DNA of 64,000 bases from Trichosphaerium sp. ATCC 40318 (lineage: Eukaryota > Protista > Tubulinea), in NCBI GenBank assembly GCA_038496445.1, contig JALMLS010000311.1, positions 124,001 to 188,000 on the forward strand, read 5' to 3'. This document shows, one piece after another, positions 28,862 through 41,500 of this stretch. Below the pieces are notes generated by a model, which had not been told where the DNA came from, made no database searches, and worked only from the letters and a program-made list of their open reading frames with translations. Position 1 is the first letter of the stretch; every line of letters begins with the position of its first letter. The translations under genes and the position numbers were made by a program.

Positions 28862-31800
28862 ATGGCGTCTGTTGCGACACCTTTGATTAATCCTGTAGCT
28901 GATACGATCAGTAAACCAACGTTTTGGACTAAATTCCGCGCTAACGTTCGTTTTAATGCGTATTTGACGTTGCTAAGCGGTTTTAGTTCTTGAAGAATAT
29001 TGTACTGGAGAGAAGACAACGCGCACTGCTAGGTACGTTTCAGCATACGCTACAGATACTTCTTGTTTGTGCAAAGATGGTTACGTTAACTAACAACATT
29101 AGGTTGTCAAATCGCCATACCTCTTATTCTCTTGATAGCAGTTGGCCTGATGAGTCTCTTAATAAATGACCAACCGTTTCTGAAGGTTCGCAATCTACAA
29201 AAATGTCACACTTTCCAATCCAAAAAACATAACTATTGCGTAGGGCAAAAATGTCCTTATATTTGAAGAAACTGGTTGTGTGTCACGTACAAATGATTAT
29301 GTCTTCTATCAGGAGAGTGCTAAGCCATACGTTATGAATTACTTGTACTCTGAAGAACCAGGACAAGATGTTGGGCTGCCTACAACCCGCGACTCTGTTC
29401 GTCCACGGAATTACACCAGTAAGCACTCTAATTTTTCTTCGTATTCGAAAAAACATGGAACAAGTAAACAAGAAAAAGCAAACAAAACCTGTTGCACTCT
29501 TGCGTTTTTTGTAGTAGACAGAATGGAAATAATGCTTAATAAACTGTTACCTTTACTGACCACTTGCGACAGAGCTTATGGACTACTTTCCACAATGGCA
29601 TTTAGACGGTCCAAGAGATTATTATTCGGGTGGCCCGCAGTACAACGAAACAATCATGTTTTTCGATAAGCAACCATCGTTTGATGATTCTAATCTGTTC
29701 TACAAGAGGGCATTCAAGTAAGACCGTTTATTATTCATAGTGGTCACTAATTACACTTTTTCTGCTTATAGATCTCTATCTGAATTTGATTATGATCTTT
29801 GCTTTTACGATTGTCCAAATTCATCCGTATTCTTGCCAAATGGAGGTAAACTTTTACTCATCAGTCATTGCGCTTTTTTTTGCTCAAAGAAATAGCATCA
29901 CAAAAAAAAATTATTTATGCCTAACTTCTTTATTTAGCACTTCATTTTGAAACAGTTAATGTGACTAGTAATGAATATAGATACTCTATACAGGTACCAA
30001 ATCGTTATCCTAAAATCATACAACGAATATTAGACTCTTCCCTGAAAAAGTTGTTTCTTTTGGACGTTTACTTCTCAACCACGTGCTTGATTGATACACT
30101 AACATTCTTTTAGGGAGGTATAGGCCATAAATACTTTGCTTCCAATACAATTCAAACTGCACAAGATAGACGTGGTCCTTATAGTAGTCAATTCACAACT
30201 ATGAAAACCATAAACATTGTGAATAGGTTAGTTAACAAAACAGTACACTCGTCTTTTTAATAGCCATGTAGTGCCCTATACCGTATGAATTCAGGATACA
30301 AATTTCCTGTAAACGAATCATCTCCATACGATACAAAGGGTGTGCTAGGTCTGCAAATGTGTTTAAGTGTACGCCATTCTTTTTTGTTTACCAGCTTATC
30401 AATTTACTGTTCACTAGTACTTTTCTCGTATATTCGCGAAGGTTGGAGCGTCATTGAATTACTCAGTACAAGTGTGGGTAATAGCTTTTTCATTGTCAGC
30501 AACACTACCTCTATTCGCGTACAAGTTTGTACTTGAACGACAAGCAGGTCTTACAACAATGACAAGAAAGGTATACTCATTCTTACAGTTGAACGAGTTC
30601 TGCGTCAACTAAACACACTTTTTGTCTAGATGGGCTTAACGGCATCTGTGTATTGGCTAACTAATTACGTACACGATGTGTGTCTTTACTTAATCACAGT
30701 CATTTTTGTTTGGGCATGGGCAGGTGCTTTTCAAGTACGGACTAAATCCGTTCCGGTTAATTTCTTATTTTTTTTCCCTCCGCTCTAGTTCCGCCTCATC
30801 CGTGGTGCACCGTACGTAACTCCAGGTTGTTGGTTGTAAATTAACATATATATAACAGATTTTTATTCTACTTGCACTGCATAGTTTGGGCGCATGGCAT
30901 GTTCTCAATGTCTGTATTTTGGAGCGCAGTTTTTAGGTCTACAACACAATCTTTACTCTTTGGATTTGTTTTGAGTTTAGTACATGTCCTTTTGGGGTGC
31001 CTAGAGAACTACCTAGGTAACCATTCTTACATACAAGAGCATAGTTTTCTAATTGTTCTGTAGTGTTTGAAGCAGGTCAATTTTTATTGTGGCCGCTACT
31101 GTACCCACCAATGGCATTCTATAGAGGTAAGAAAGACATTGGTTTTATTGTTCAAAATCCTAGTTAAGATATCACGCTTATTTGTTTTTAAATAGGTTTA
31201 TTCACTCTTGCTCACGCTCAAGCGTCACCTCATATACTCTTAATGTCAGATGCTGAACGTGTATCTGGGTGGTGCATATTAGTATCATTGGTAACAAGCA
31301 GCGTATTTATTGTGATTGGCATGTACGCACATTAACACTTGACCACACAAAATGGAAACGTATTGTTGATCGCTTATGTTAACTAATTCTTAAGATACAT
31401 GCATGAGATTCTACCAAAGAAGAAGGGAATGCCAAAACCATTCTATTACCCTTTTGTAAATCTGTACAATTTGGTATTCCGTAAAAAAACTGCACCAAAA
31501 TCATTATCTCTTAATAGCATGACATCAACTGTACAAGAAAATCTGGTTAGTTCTTTCACAAAAAAACCTTTAACTTTACACCCTACTTGCGCTCATTGTT
31601 TTTTTAAGATACCAAATGACCTTGAATCTTCAGATGCTTGCCTTATCGTCAAGGATATTACTAAAACGTTCAAGAGTAGAAGGTAAGCACATCTCTAAAT
31701 TGTTTCTTATTTTTTTCTTATCGTATTTTTTTAAGTGGAAATGTTCAAGCTTTACGCGGTGTTTCTTTTCAGTAGATGATGGCACATGCTTTGGACTACT

Positions 31801-33086
31801 TGGTACAGATACTAATGAACTAGCAACGCTAATATCGAAAAGGACCTAATGGTGCTGGCAAAACAACACTCATTGACATCTTATCTGGATCTCAAAGCCC
31901 AACAACAGGTAATCCCACCATTGTCCTACCTGCTATTATATCACCATGTTCTCTAACTTTAAATTCAGGCAACGCACTTGTGTGGGGCTATTCTTTAACT
32001 GGTCAGATTGATGCAATACATAAAATAATTGGATACTGTCCTCAAGAAGATATACTTTACGACGATCTTAGTGTTCGTGAGCATTTGCTCTTCTACGCTC
32101 GATTGAAAGGACATCCACAAGGATCTGAAAGAGATCACATTGAGGACGTTATTGAGCAAGTTGGCTTAGCGAATGAGAGAAGGTAAGCAAACAAACTACC
32201 TTGATACTAAAGTTGATGTCTATTTTAGGCGTCTTGCAAAGGATCTAAGTGGAGGGCAAAAGAGAAGATTGAGTATTGCTATTGCACTAACAGGTAATCC
32301 AAAAGTTGTGTTCTTGGATGAACCCACTGCTGGTTTGGATCCTGGTAACAAAAGAGGTTTGTGGGAAGTCATTCAAAAAGCTAAGGTACAACACAATCCC
32401 ATCGATTACACCAAAGGTTGCAATTATTGCATAATCACAAATTTCAGCAAAAAGACAGGCCTTTTTCTAATTTGAGGCTATAACAAAAAACAACCTTTAT
32501 TGTACACGTGCTTACAATCGCTTTTCTCAGAAAAACAGAGTGTTTATTCTTACAACACACTCAATGACTGAAGCTGATGTATTATGCTCCCGTATGGCTA
32601 TCATAAATCAAGGAACAATCCGTGCTTTGGGAAGTCAACAACAACTTAAAAGTCAATACGGAGAAGGATATAAAATTGATATTTTCTGCGATGATAGATA
32701 CTGCGATAAAGTAGACGAGTAAGTAGTACCATCACACTCCCACTTGCTTCATATTTAACACTTTCTTACTAGTTATGTTACGTCACTAGTACCAAATATT
32801 ATTGCAGGCGACACCAAAGCTAAAGGACACTTGGTTTACCGTCTTCCAAAGGATGCCGCATTATCAAACATTTTCACAGAAATTGAAAAGAAGAAACTAG
32901 CATTAGGTACTTATTAGAGTGGCTTTCTTCACTCCATCTTTTCCTTGTGGCCTTTGTTGACATATTGCTTTTGAAGGTATTAAACATTGGGGACTCTCTC
33001 AAGCAAATCTTGAGGAAGTATTTTTATCTTTAGTAAATGAACCAGAAAAGTATGATAAAGCTGTAGATTTGGAAGTACACCTTTAA
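28862..33086 (+). CDS. Half-size ABC transporter, subfamily A (one TMD + one NBD); apparent 1-nt frameshift near 31765
   Basis: [72 protein letters not shown]. Confidence 0.92.
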
Positions 33087-33411
33087 TACTCAAGGCTTTT
33101 TACACCATATCTTGCCCTCACCAATAAACAATTGAATAGCCACACCGTAGTATATTTGTCTAAAACCTTGTAGAACATCATCATTTTGGTTGTAGAATGA
33201 AAAACGTACAGTTAACATTGTTTCACATATTTGGCTTACTGAATTGTTTGACAGCCAATCATTTACACGTTCCACAGCATAGAAAGCGAGGCTGTGTTAG
33301 TACAATCAATAGAAACATCGCCCACGATAGGTTTGCTGTCTTATAATTGAACCAGTCTGCTGCTCAACTTTCAAATTTATTTACAATTGTTGTGAAGTGG
33401 TTAAAAAAACG

Positions 33412-33937
33412 TCATTTGTGCTGACTATCAGATATCATGCTCATTGCATCAACAATACCAGTCCTAGTAAAATGAGATCTGTGCGCGTTTAAAACGAAGG
33501 TACCTTAGTTCTTTCATTTGATTTGACATGGATGACAGATTGTCCTTGGCACTAGTTTTCCAGCTTTCTATTTGCAAGAAAAGTGCCGTGGCATCGTAAA
33601 TTGATGAACACAATGCCTGTTCCTCTGCTTTGTGGGCCGCTTTTTCTTTTTTGAGGCTAGCTTTTATTTCTTCTGCAGAATAGTCTTTAAATTGCGCTAC
33701 ACTGTTACAAGTATTATTGACGTTAGACTAAAAGCATACGTACTCTTCTGTAGATGTTTTTACAGTTTCAGACGTCAACGTAGCACCTTTTGAGCGTATG
33801 TGAGATTAATAATACGCGTTTCACGTACTATTAGTGTCTTTTGGTAAAATATTAAATAACGACCCGTCTTTTTGGTCATCTAGTGCTCTTAAATCGGCTA
33901 GAATATCGTCCTTGCTAATATTGTGGCTATTTGCCAT
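33412..33937 (-). CDS. Small hypothetical helical protein
   Basis: Four exons joined by GT-AG introns: MANSHNISKDDILADLRAL...SMISDSQHK*. Confidence 0.5.
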
Positions 33938-34224
33938 GAACGTGAGTCCTGTTTATCCCGAAAGTGTTTTGACCTTTTTGTAGGTTTTTCTCTCATTTTG
34001 ATACACATTTTGACACTAACATGAAAGGTACTATATGGTTAACTGCGGATACTCAGCTTATTATTTACAAATACATTACACGCCTATTATTTTTTTTTTG
34101 CTTTTTTCTATTTTGTTCCTTTCCTTGTGGCTCTTCTGCTTGTAGCAGACAGTAAAAAAATTAAGAGTAAGGCATAACATGCCCCCATCTCTTAAATGAC
34201 CACGTAGCTTGGCCTAAAGGAACA

Positions 34225-35166
34225 TTAAAAAAAAGACGTATTCCAAAGAAAAAAAGCCATAAACAGAGCCAATAACGCACTTGTAGAAAAACCAAAGGCT
34301 GTGCGGAACCAATAAGATAACAATAAGAATGTAATATACATGCACACCGCAACTATTAGGTACATTGTAAATGTAGAGTTGCGAGATGTACGTGGTGGAG
34401 CGCTGTATATCTTTTTAACCTTATCTCGCTCCTATAAAACGTACGTTAGTATTTATTGCTTTGGTTTTGTTGAAATAATTTTTTTGCATTTTTAACCCTT
34501 GTAATTAGTTTATTGCGTTGAAAACAACCCTAAAAAACGTACCACCGTTATCTTATTTTTAATCTCCAATATTTCATCTTGAAGTGTGCGTATATCAGCG
34601 TCTACACGCGATTTTTCAGTCTTAGCTGATTTCATTTGGTTTACTAGCTTCTCAAAGCCACTCTACAATGTTATTAGTGAGGAAGAGGTTTTCGCACTTG
34701 CGAAAAAAAAACAACTAAAAATGAACGTACTCTGCCTCTTTGTGTCTCGGTGAGTAGCCGTTCGAACGTTGATATTAGACTGTCCCTTGCACTTATTTTA
34801 TTCAATTGTTCGGTAAACAACCTAGATCAATGGTAAGGGTATGAGTGCGCGCGGTGGTGCTCGTACGTGTCTTGCGCTCGCTGAGCTATTAGAGCTTCTT
34901 TACATTTTGATAAAGTTGCAGTACATTCTGCAAGAGCACTGTCACTCCTGCATTAATTTAATATAAGGTATGAAGCGAGAAAAAAATTTTATACCCGCTA
35001 TTATTATTGTCTGAGAATTCGAGCGCTGTGTGATCAAGTGGATTGTACTATAGCAAAGACTGAGCCGCAAAATAATTTTTCCTATTGCACGCACTTCTGA
35101 TGGTTGTTTGCCCAGTGGCTCTTCAACCGCTCGCGGAATAGCGATTCTTGGGTCTTCGTGTGCCAT
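34225..35166 (-). CDS. Hypothetical coiled-coil protein with C-terminal hydrophobic (tail-anchor-like) segment
   Basis: In-frame exon chain MAHEDPRIAIP...EKSRVDADIRTLQDEILEIKNK...TIALLALFMAFFLW; exact stop depends on homopolymer lengths. Confidence 0.55.
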
Positions 35167-35506
35167 TGTACAGTACTTTAGTTGTATAAGCCGCGGGAAA
35201 GAAATAATTAAGCTATTTGCTCTGTAAACGTCAACCTTATTATTTTCCGTAAACCATTTCTTCTTCTTTAAGCAGTACGAATTGTGTTTGAACCCGAAAA
35301 AGAGCGTTTTAGCATAAGTGCAAAAAACTACGAGTGTATTTGGAATAATAGTTATTGTCTCTTCGCCTGGTATAAACGCTTTCGCGTTGCAATCGTTGTT
35401 ATTGCTAGCTGGAGTGCGTTAATGACGATGTTTCACAGCACTAGTGCCTTTCAAAATGTGAGCGCATATACTTCAAAAAATGAGCACCACCATATTGTAG
35501 GGAGCC

Positions 35507-38500
35507 ATGAGCGACTTGTCGCCGCGCACTTCTGACACTAATCTACATTCGCCATCTAGCTTACGGAAGCACCACACGTCAATAAAGGGTGTGTTTTTAT
35601 GCTAAATACCAATTTAATGGGCTCACGTACTGTGTAGTTGGAGCAAATGAAATTGTGCAGGCTCTTGAAGCCGACATGCCAGACTCCAATAGTAGCGGCG
35701 TAGGGAGCCCCAGAGACACTGAACAGACGTTAATTCAAATAAATCCATCCAAACAAGTGACGGTAATAAAGAAAACGTACCTAAACAAAGCAAACAAGAA
35801 TAAAAGAGAAGAAACACTGTGGGATGGTACCGAAAATGAGTTGGGAAGCAGGATTTGTACGTTTCATGTTAAACAAACGACAACACTAAATGGCGTTACA
35901 TTGCGTATAAATCTAAGAGTAATATTACTCAAAAAAGCCTAAAGAGAAAAAAAAAAACCACATTAAAATACGCACGTGCTTACCCGTCTTCTAGCAAGAA
36001 CAAATGACGAGTTAAATAATTTAAAACCACTAACATCTTTCCCACAAAAACACACTACAGTCATTTCTACTGAGGGTAAACCGCGTGTTCCAGGCGCTGG
36101 TTTTCCTGTACGACGTAATTAGTGCTTAATTTTGATCATAACCTTTTTTCTCTAGCCCACTGATCTTGATTATGTGAAAGGCACGCACGTGCAAGATTGT
36201 ATCGCTAGTTATACTCGCCCGTGGGTGCAAGTGCGTGGGACAAAATATAAAATAGTTGCTGTGTCATAAAATTAACTATGTGCGCTAGGTAGTGTGGAAA
36301 GATCGACAGGAGCATGGTGGAGCTCGTGCTCCTACAGAAAAACAAGACAAAAAATTGCCAAAACAAGTGCGAATGTTAGACTTGCCACCTACTAATAACA
36401 GTAGACTTATCAACTCGATGAGACGCCTGAGGATTATTCTTCATTGCCCCAAAGCGCTCCTCCAGGGTACTTAGATATTAATAGAATGAAATTATTGATT
36501 TTGACGCAGCATGGCGAGGAGAATGACAGCACATCAACAAGAGCTAGATCCGAGATTTATAAAAGAGTTCAGGCGCAAGACAGACGATAAGCATACGGAC
36601 AAGCTTCGAGTATGTGGATTAATTTAACTTTCATTGACGTTGTGTAGGATAAAGAGAGATTGAGGCTGTTTGATACTTATACTCCTTGGGGTGATCACTA
36701 TCCTAATGAAACAGATAAAAGAGGGAGTGACGTTGACAAGTGGGGTGATTTACGCGGCTTTGAGTTTGTTGTTAATCTGAAGCAACTCAGCTTTGGTTTT
36801 CAGACCCAACTGGAACCATACTTTGTTAACTTTATGCTGTACGACACTGTTGAGAAAACCCGTATATCCGAAACAATACAATATACGTGGTTCAGTAGTG
36901 CCGAAATGGAAGCCTATTGGTCACAAACGTTTCCAGCTCATTTTAAGCACTTGGTATGTACCTGACACGTGTTTACTATTTTTTTTGGATTAATTTGTTT
37001 AGAATAACGCTCATGTTACTTTTAAAGCTAAAAGGATGCTATTCACGGTGGCAGACCCAAGGTACTGTGATTTTTGTGTTAGGCTAAGGAAGTACTAATT
37101 TTTTTTTTTACAAGTCCTTCAATACATCTCATAATATGGGTCGAAAAAGTACTTCAGGGCGATATTGACGAAATCCTTCATTTGTACTCAAGCGCCAATG
37201 ACGTAATTATTTCGGATTGACTTTTGTTTCATTGGTGTTTATTTATCTTAGGTTAAAGTAAAGGATATAAACAAGGCTACAGATGAACTAAAGATGATTT
37301 ATTCTTCGAGTGGAAAATACAAGCAACTTCTTTGTTGGACATTCCACCCATTATTCGATGATGAAGGCAATTTAAAAGAGAGTGATAATGATAAATTAAA
37401 GCTTAGGAAGGCAAAGGTACACTAATCATGATTTATAATCACGTGGAGGTTAACATAAAATCAAGGGCGAATTTATTTATTCTCAAACGGTTCTTCAGCC
37501 AAAGTTAAAAATGTCACGTGCTGTTACAGCAAAAGATCTTCACAAGGCACAGAAATTACAACGTGATAGCCCCAAGAGTGATGTACGTACAAAGCTATTT
37601 TTTGGTTGTAGTTATTCCGCTTTGTTTACACCTGCTAGCGCGGTAAATTTATTACTGGTGTCGCTGCTATAAGTGTTACTGCAGTTGAATCGAAAGGAGC
37701 AAAAACTACTTCAAGTAAACCAGCAGCTGGTCTCCCACCTAGAAATGACAATGTGTCTATTGGTACCTTCAGGGGAGGGTAAGTTTCTATTGTATTTTTA
37801 GTTAATTAATTTTACAATAGTGGAACAGATTCGCGTAGAAAGACACGTTTTGCTAGGACCACTGTGCGTCCTGAACAGCAACCACTTGCTCGTTACACAT
37901 CTCCTTCCCTGTTGAAGGTTGAGCCTTTTTTGGAGAGTGCTCCATGCGCTAGGTACTATTACAAATGAAAACAATTTTTTTTTTTGATCTAATTACGGAT
38001 TCAGAGAAGTGCTTGAGATCTATGACAAAAAATATGACTACCTTTCTCCGCATAGAACTTTTGTGAACAACTTGTTCATTTATCCACAGTCAGTGAATCT
38101 CTCAAGTACGTATAAAACTAATATGTTCGTCTTCTTATTGACCACAGATGCAAAACTGGCAAAATCCAAGAATATAAGTGTTAGAGTACAAGTGTTCGAT
38201 AAGTCAAAGTTTTCTAGTAACGATGGGCAGCCATTGAGGGTATGTTTTCAAACAAGAAGCGAGTCATAACTGTAGTATCTTACCTAACTGTGTAGGTATT
38301 GTATAATGAAAGTGGACAGCTTGTTGATGAAGTAACAACGTCTGTGACATACAGAAACCCAAAACCACAATTCTACGATGAAATTAAAGTTGAACTACCT
38401 TGCAAGTTCCCAAAATCACCTGATTATCATATTGTCTTTACTTTCCTTGATGTACCTATCTATTTGAAAAAAAAGAAGGACTCTAAAAAAGATACAACCA

Positions 38501-41500
38501 AAGATCCTGCTGTGGCATGTGTTTTTTTTTATTCTGCACTTTTCAACAATTCTTATGTGTTTAGCCTATTGGATACGCTCAACTACCTCTGTGGCCAAAA
38601 GATTTGGATGGTTATACTATGGTTAAAGACAAAGTTCATTCGTTACCAATAGCTCTTAAAATCGGTAATCTGGGCCATGATATTAAAGTACGTCTCACTT
38701 GTGTTTTAATCGAGACTAATTAAATTATGTTTAGTGGCTAGCCGAAAAGAAAGAACTATTTATTGTAGAGACAAAGATGATATCAAGTATACATGCTCAG
38801 GACCGCAAGTTGATCCAATTCTTTCGCCACTATAAATCATCAATCGCTGGTGTTGTTGCTGGTGTATGTGCTCCAATAGCTCACGCTAATCCTGGCGAAC
38901 TTGGTATGTGGTTTATAGTATTTTTTACTGTACTTACAATACGGTTTTAGTGCGGTTCTTTCCTGTACTCGTAGATGAGCTGTTGTACGTAATATCAGTA
39001 GCAGAAATAATCAAAAATGCAGAACGAAAGAGGTAGGTTTAAATAGCTTTTCTTGTCTACACGTGATTAAGTTTGGTTTTTTTAAAGGAAGGCCATGTCT
39101 TTGATGAAACAAAATGCTCCTCCGGCTGATTACACTTTACAATACTCTGAACCAGGTGTTAGCGCATTCGCGGCACTTATGGGTGTTTTGCAGAAGTACA
39201 AACATTGTTCTCATGTGAAAACCGCATTATTAATATCTTTTAGGGTGAGCAGAACAGGTGGAAAGCAATTGCTTATTTCTTATGTGCGAGGCTACTTTTC
39301 TAAGGTGCGAACATAAAAATATTTTACTGGAGTGGAACCTAACATGTACAAGTTGCTCGATACACCTGAGTCAAATCCTTCATCAAAGAACGAACCTGAG
39401 TTTGAACAAAGGAATAATTTCTTATTATTCGAGGCGCTTGCAAACCTCTATCGCAAAGCACTTGCTAAGGTATAAACAAAAAATCATAGGCATGGCTTTT
39501 TTTTTCTTATTCGCATTCCATAGCCAAGTACTGAGTTGAAAATACAACTGTTCGAGAATGGTTGGTTTATACTTGAACTTATCATGAAGAGTATGGTGCT
39601 ACACTTGAAAGATGTAGCAGAATTTTATGCAGGACATGATAAAAGCGAAGGCACATTTTTTACTTTTATAAGTCATTCATTGTTAACGCAATACTATAGA
39701 CATCCGATCTCAGAGATTCTCTATTGCGTACCAACGCACTCTTGATGGATTGATTGTTGAAATATGCAATCAGCTAAGACGCTGGGGTATGTTGATTCGT
39801 TTAAAGTGACTTGACAATAACTGTAACTTTTAGGTAAGGCAGGTGTAGAAGCGACAAAGTCGCTTAATCGTGCTGTTGCATACTTTATTAAAGATGCGTT
39901 TGCCATCATGGATAGAGGAAATGTCATATCTTTGGTATGTAACTTAATAAGTATGTTACGATCTAAAAGGGGTAAATAGATCGACTTGTACCTCAAGGGT
40001 GTTAAAAAGTTTGGAGAGACAATCTGTCCCAAATTTTTATCAAGCCTCAAATGGGATTTCTTATCAATTGTATCTGATTACGAGCACTTTGTGCCATTGA
40101 GTCTAGTTAACCTAGAATTACCGGATCTTAACCGTATTTACGACCGTGATTGGCGGTACGTGAAACGTTTTATAAGTCACGTGTCTTGATTTCTAATTCA
40201 AAAAAAGGCAGCAACATCCTTTACCTGGATTCATCATTTCGGAACTTTCTGAAGGCCTGCAAGAAGTAAAGTTCCCTGCACCTTCAAATAAGAATAAGAA
40301 GGCTGACAGGCACGAAAGGTTTCAATTAGAATACTTAGAGTTAAACCTTACAACTAACGTGTCTGAACAATAAAGACGTAGGTCTAAGTTTATAACAGGA
40401 CCACTAAAGTACTCACGTGGAGGAGCAAAACAAAAACCATACGAGATTTATCAGTGGGACATCAAAAATGTACAGTTTTTTTTTGGTCGGTAATCAGTTT
40501 ATTATGTACTGATATTAAATTACAAGGGTATCTCGTGCTTGCGTAACTTGCTATGGAAACATGCTGTTGATAAAAGATACCAAGATTCTGCGGTAAGTGG
40601 CGATTTTAACTAGTTTGGATTACCTTTGTTTTTTGTACTGATTTTCAATAGGTAAGGGAGAGGCTGACAGCTGTTTATTTCCCAGTTATTGAGATGGTAC
40701 GTATTTTTATGAATTGGGAAATGTGTCTTTAATTTAAGTAACACTTCACTCTTCAGATTCAAGACAACCTCGAGAAGATACGGAAGTTGGATAAAGTTTG
40801 TAAGCAGGTTTTTTTTTGGAAGAATTGTTTTGTCTGACGCTCTTTCAGCTCAAAGAAAATTCATGCTATGTTTCTTGTACATCGTTAAAAACATAAGCAA
40901 ACCATGTTTCAGGTACTTGACATGGTACCATTAGCGTAAAATTGACAACAATTTTTTTCTAGAAAATGGCTAAAGTTCGAGCATAAAGAAGAAATAGAAC
41001 GAACGCAGAATTTCTTCGATGCGTGTACTCTTGCTTGTCAATTATTCCAAGTAAGCACAGTTATTCAAATCATTATTAACAGTCATCGTAGTACATCGGA
41101 AAGCAAGGATTTGCAATGAAGCTTGAAACTGGTCAAAAGCAGCATGTAAGTCTTTTTGGTGATACAGTTAGATTAGAAGTAACGCATTCTCTTTAGGTAC
41201 CTGAACTGGCTCTTGGATTCTTCCCAGAACGCATGCTCACTACTGTCATAAAAGCATTCTTATCCTCAAGTAAACACCTCTCATGCATACTTAAGTTAAT
41301 GGTTTTTTTCCAGAGCGAGAAGTTTCCAAGTTGAAAAACACTACTGGTCTTAAGACCAAGGCAGACTACAAGGTGAGTTTCTCTTTTTTTTAATTCATAT
41401 CTTATTTAATACAACTATAGAGACGATGGTTGGATAATTTGTGGACAGCACCTGCTGGTAGTAAAAGCAAGAAAGATAAGAAGAAAAAGCGATCTGAAAA

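Noticed and set aside
31759-31772. 14-nt GT-AG micro-intron to repair the ABCA frame
   Set aside because: Far below the local intron size and would delete the conserved GVSF residues.
40310-40320. GC donor in the DOCK gene (also at 1272 in the methyltransferase)
   Set aside because: In-frame GT alternatives exist nearby, so these were not counted.
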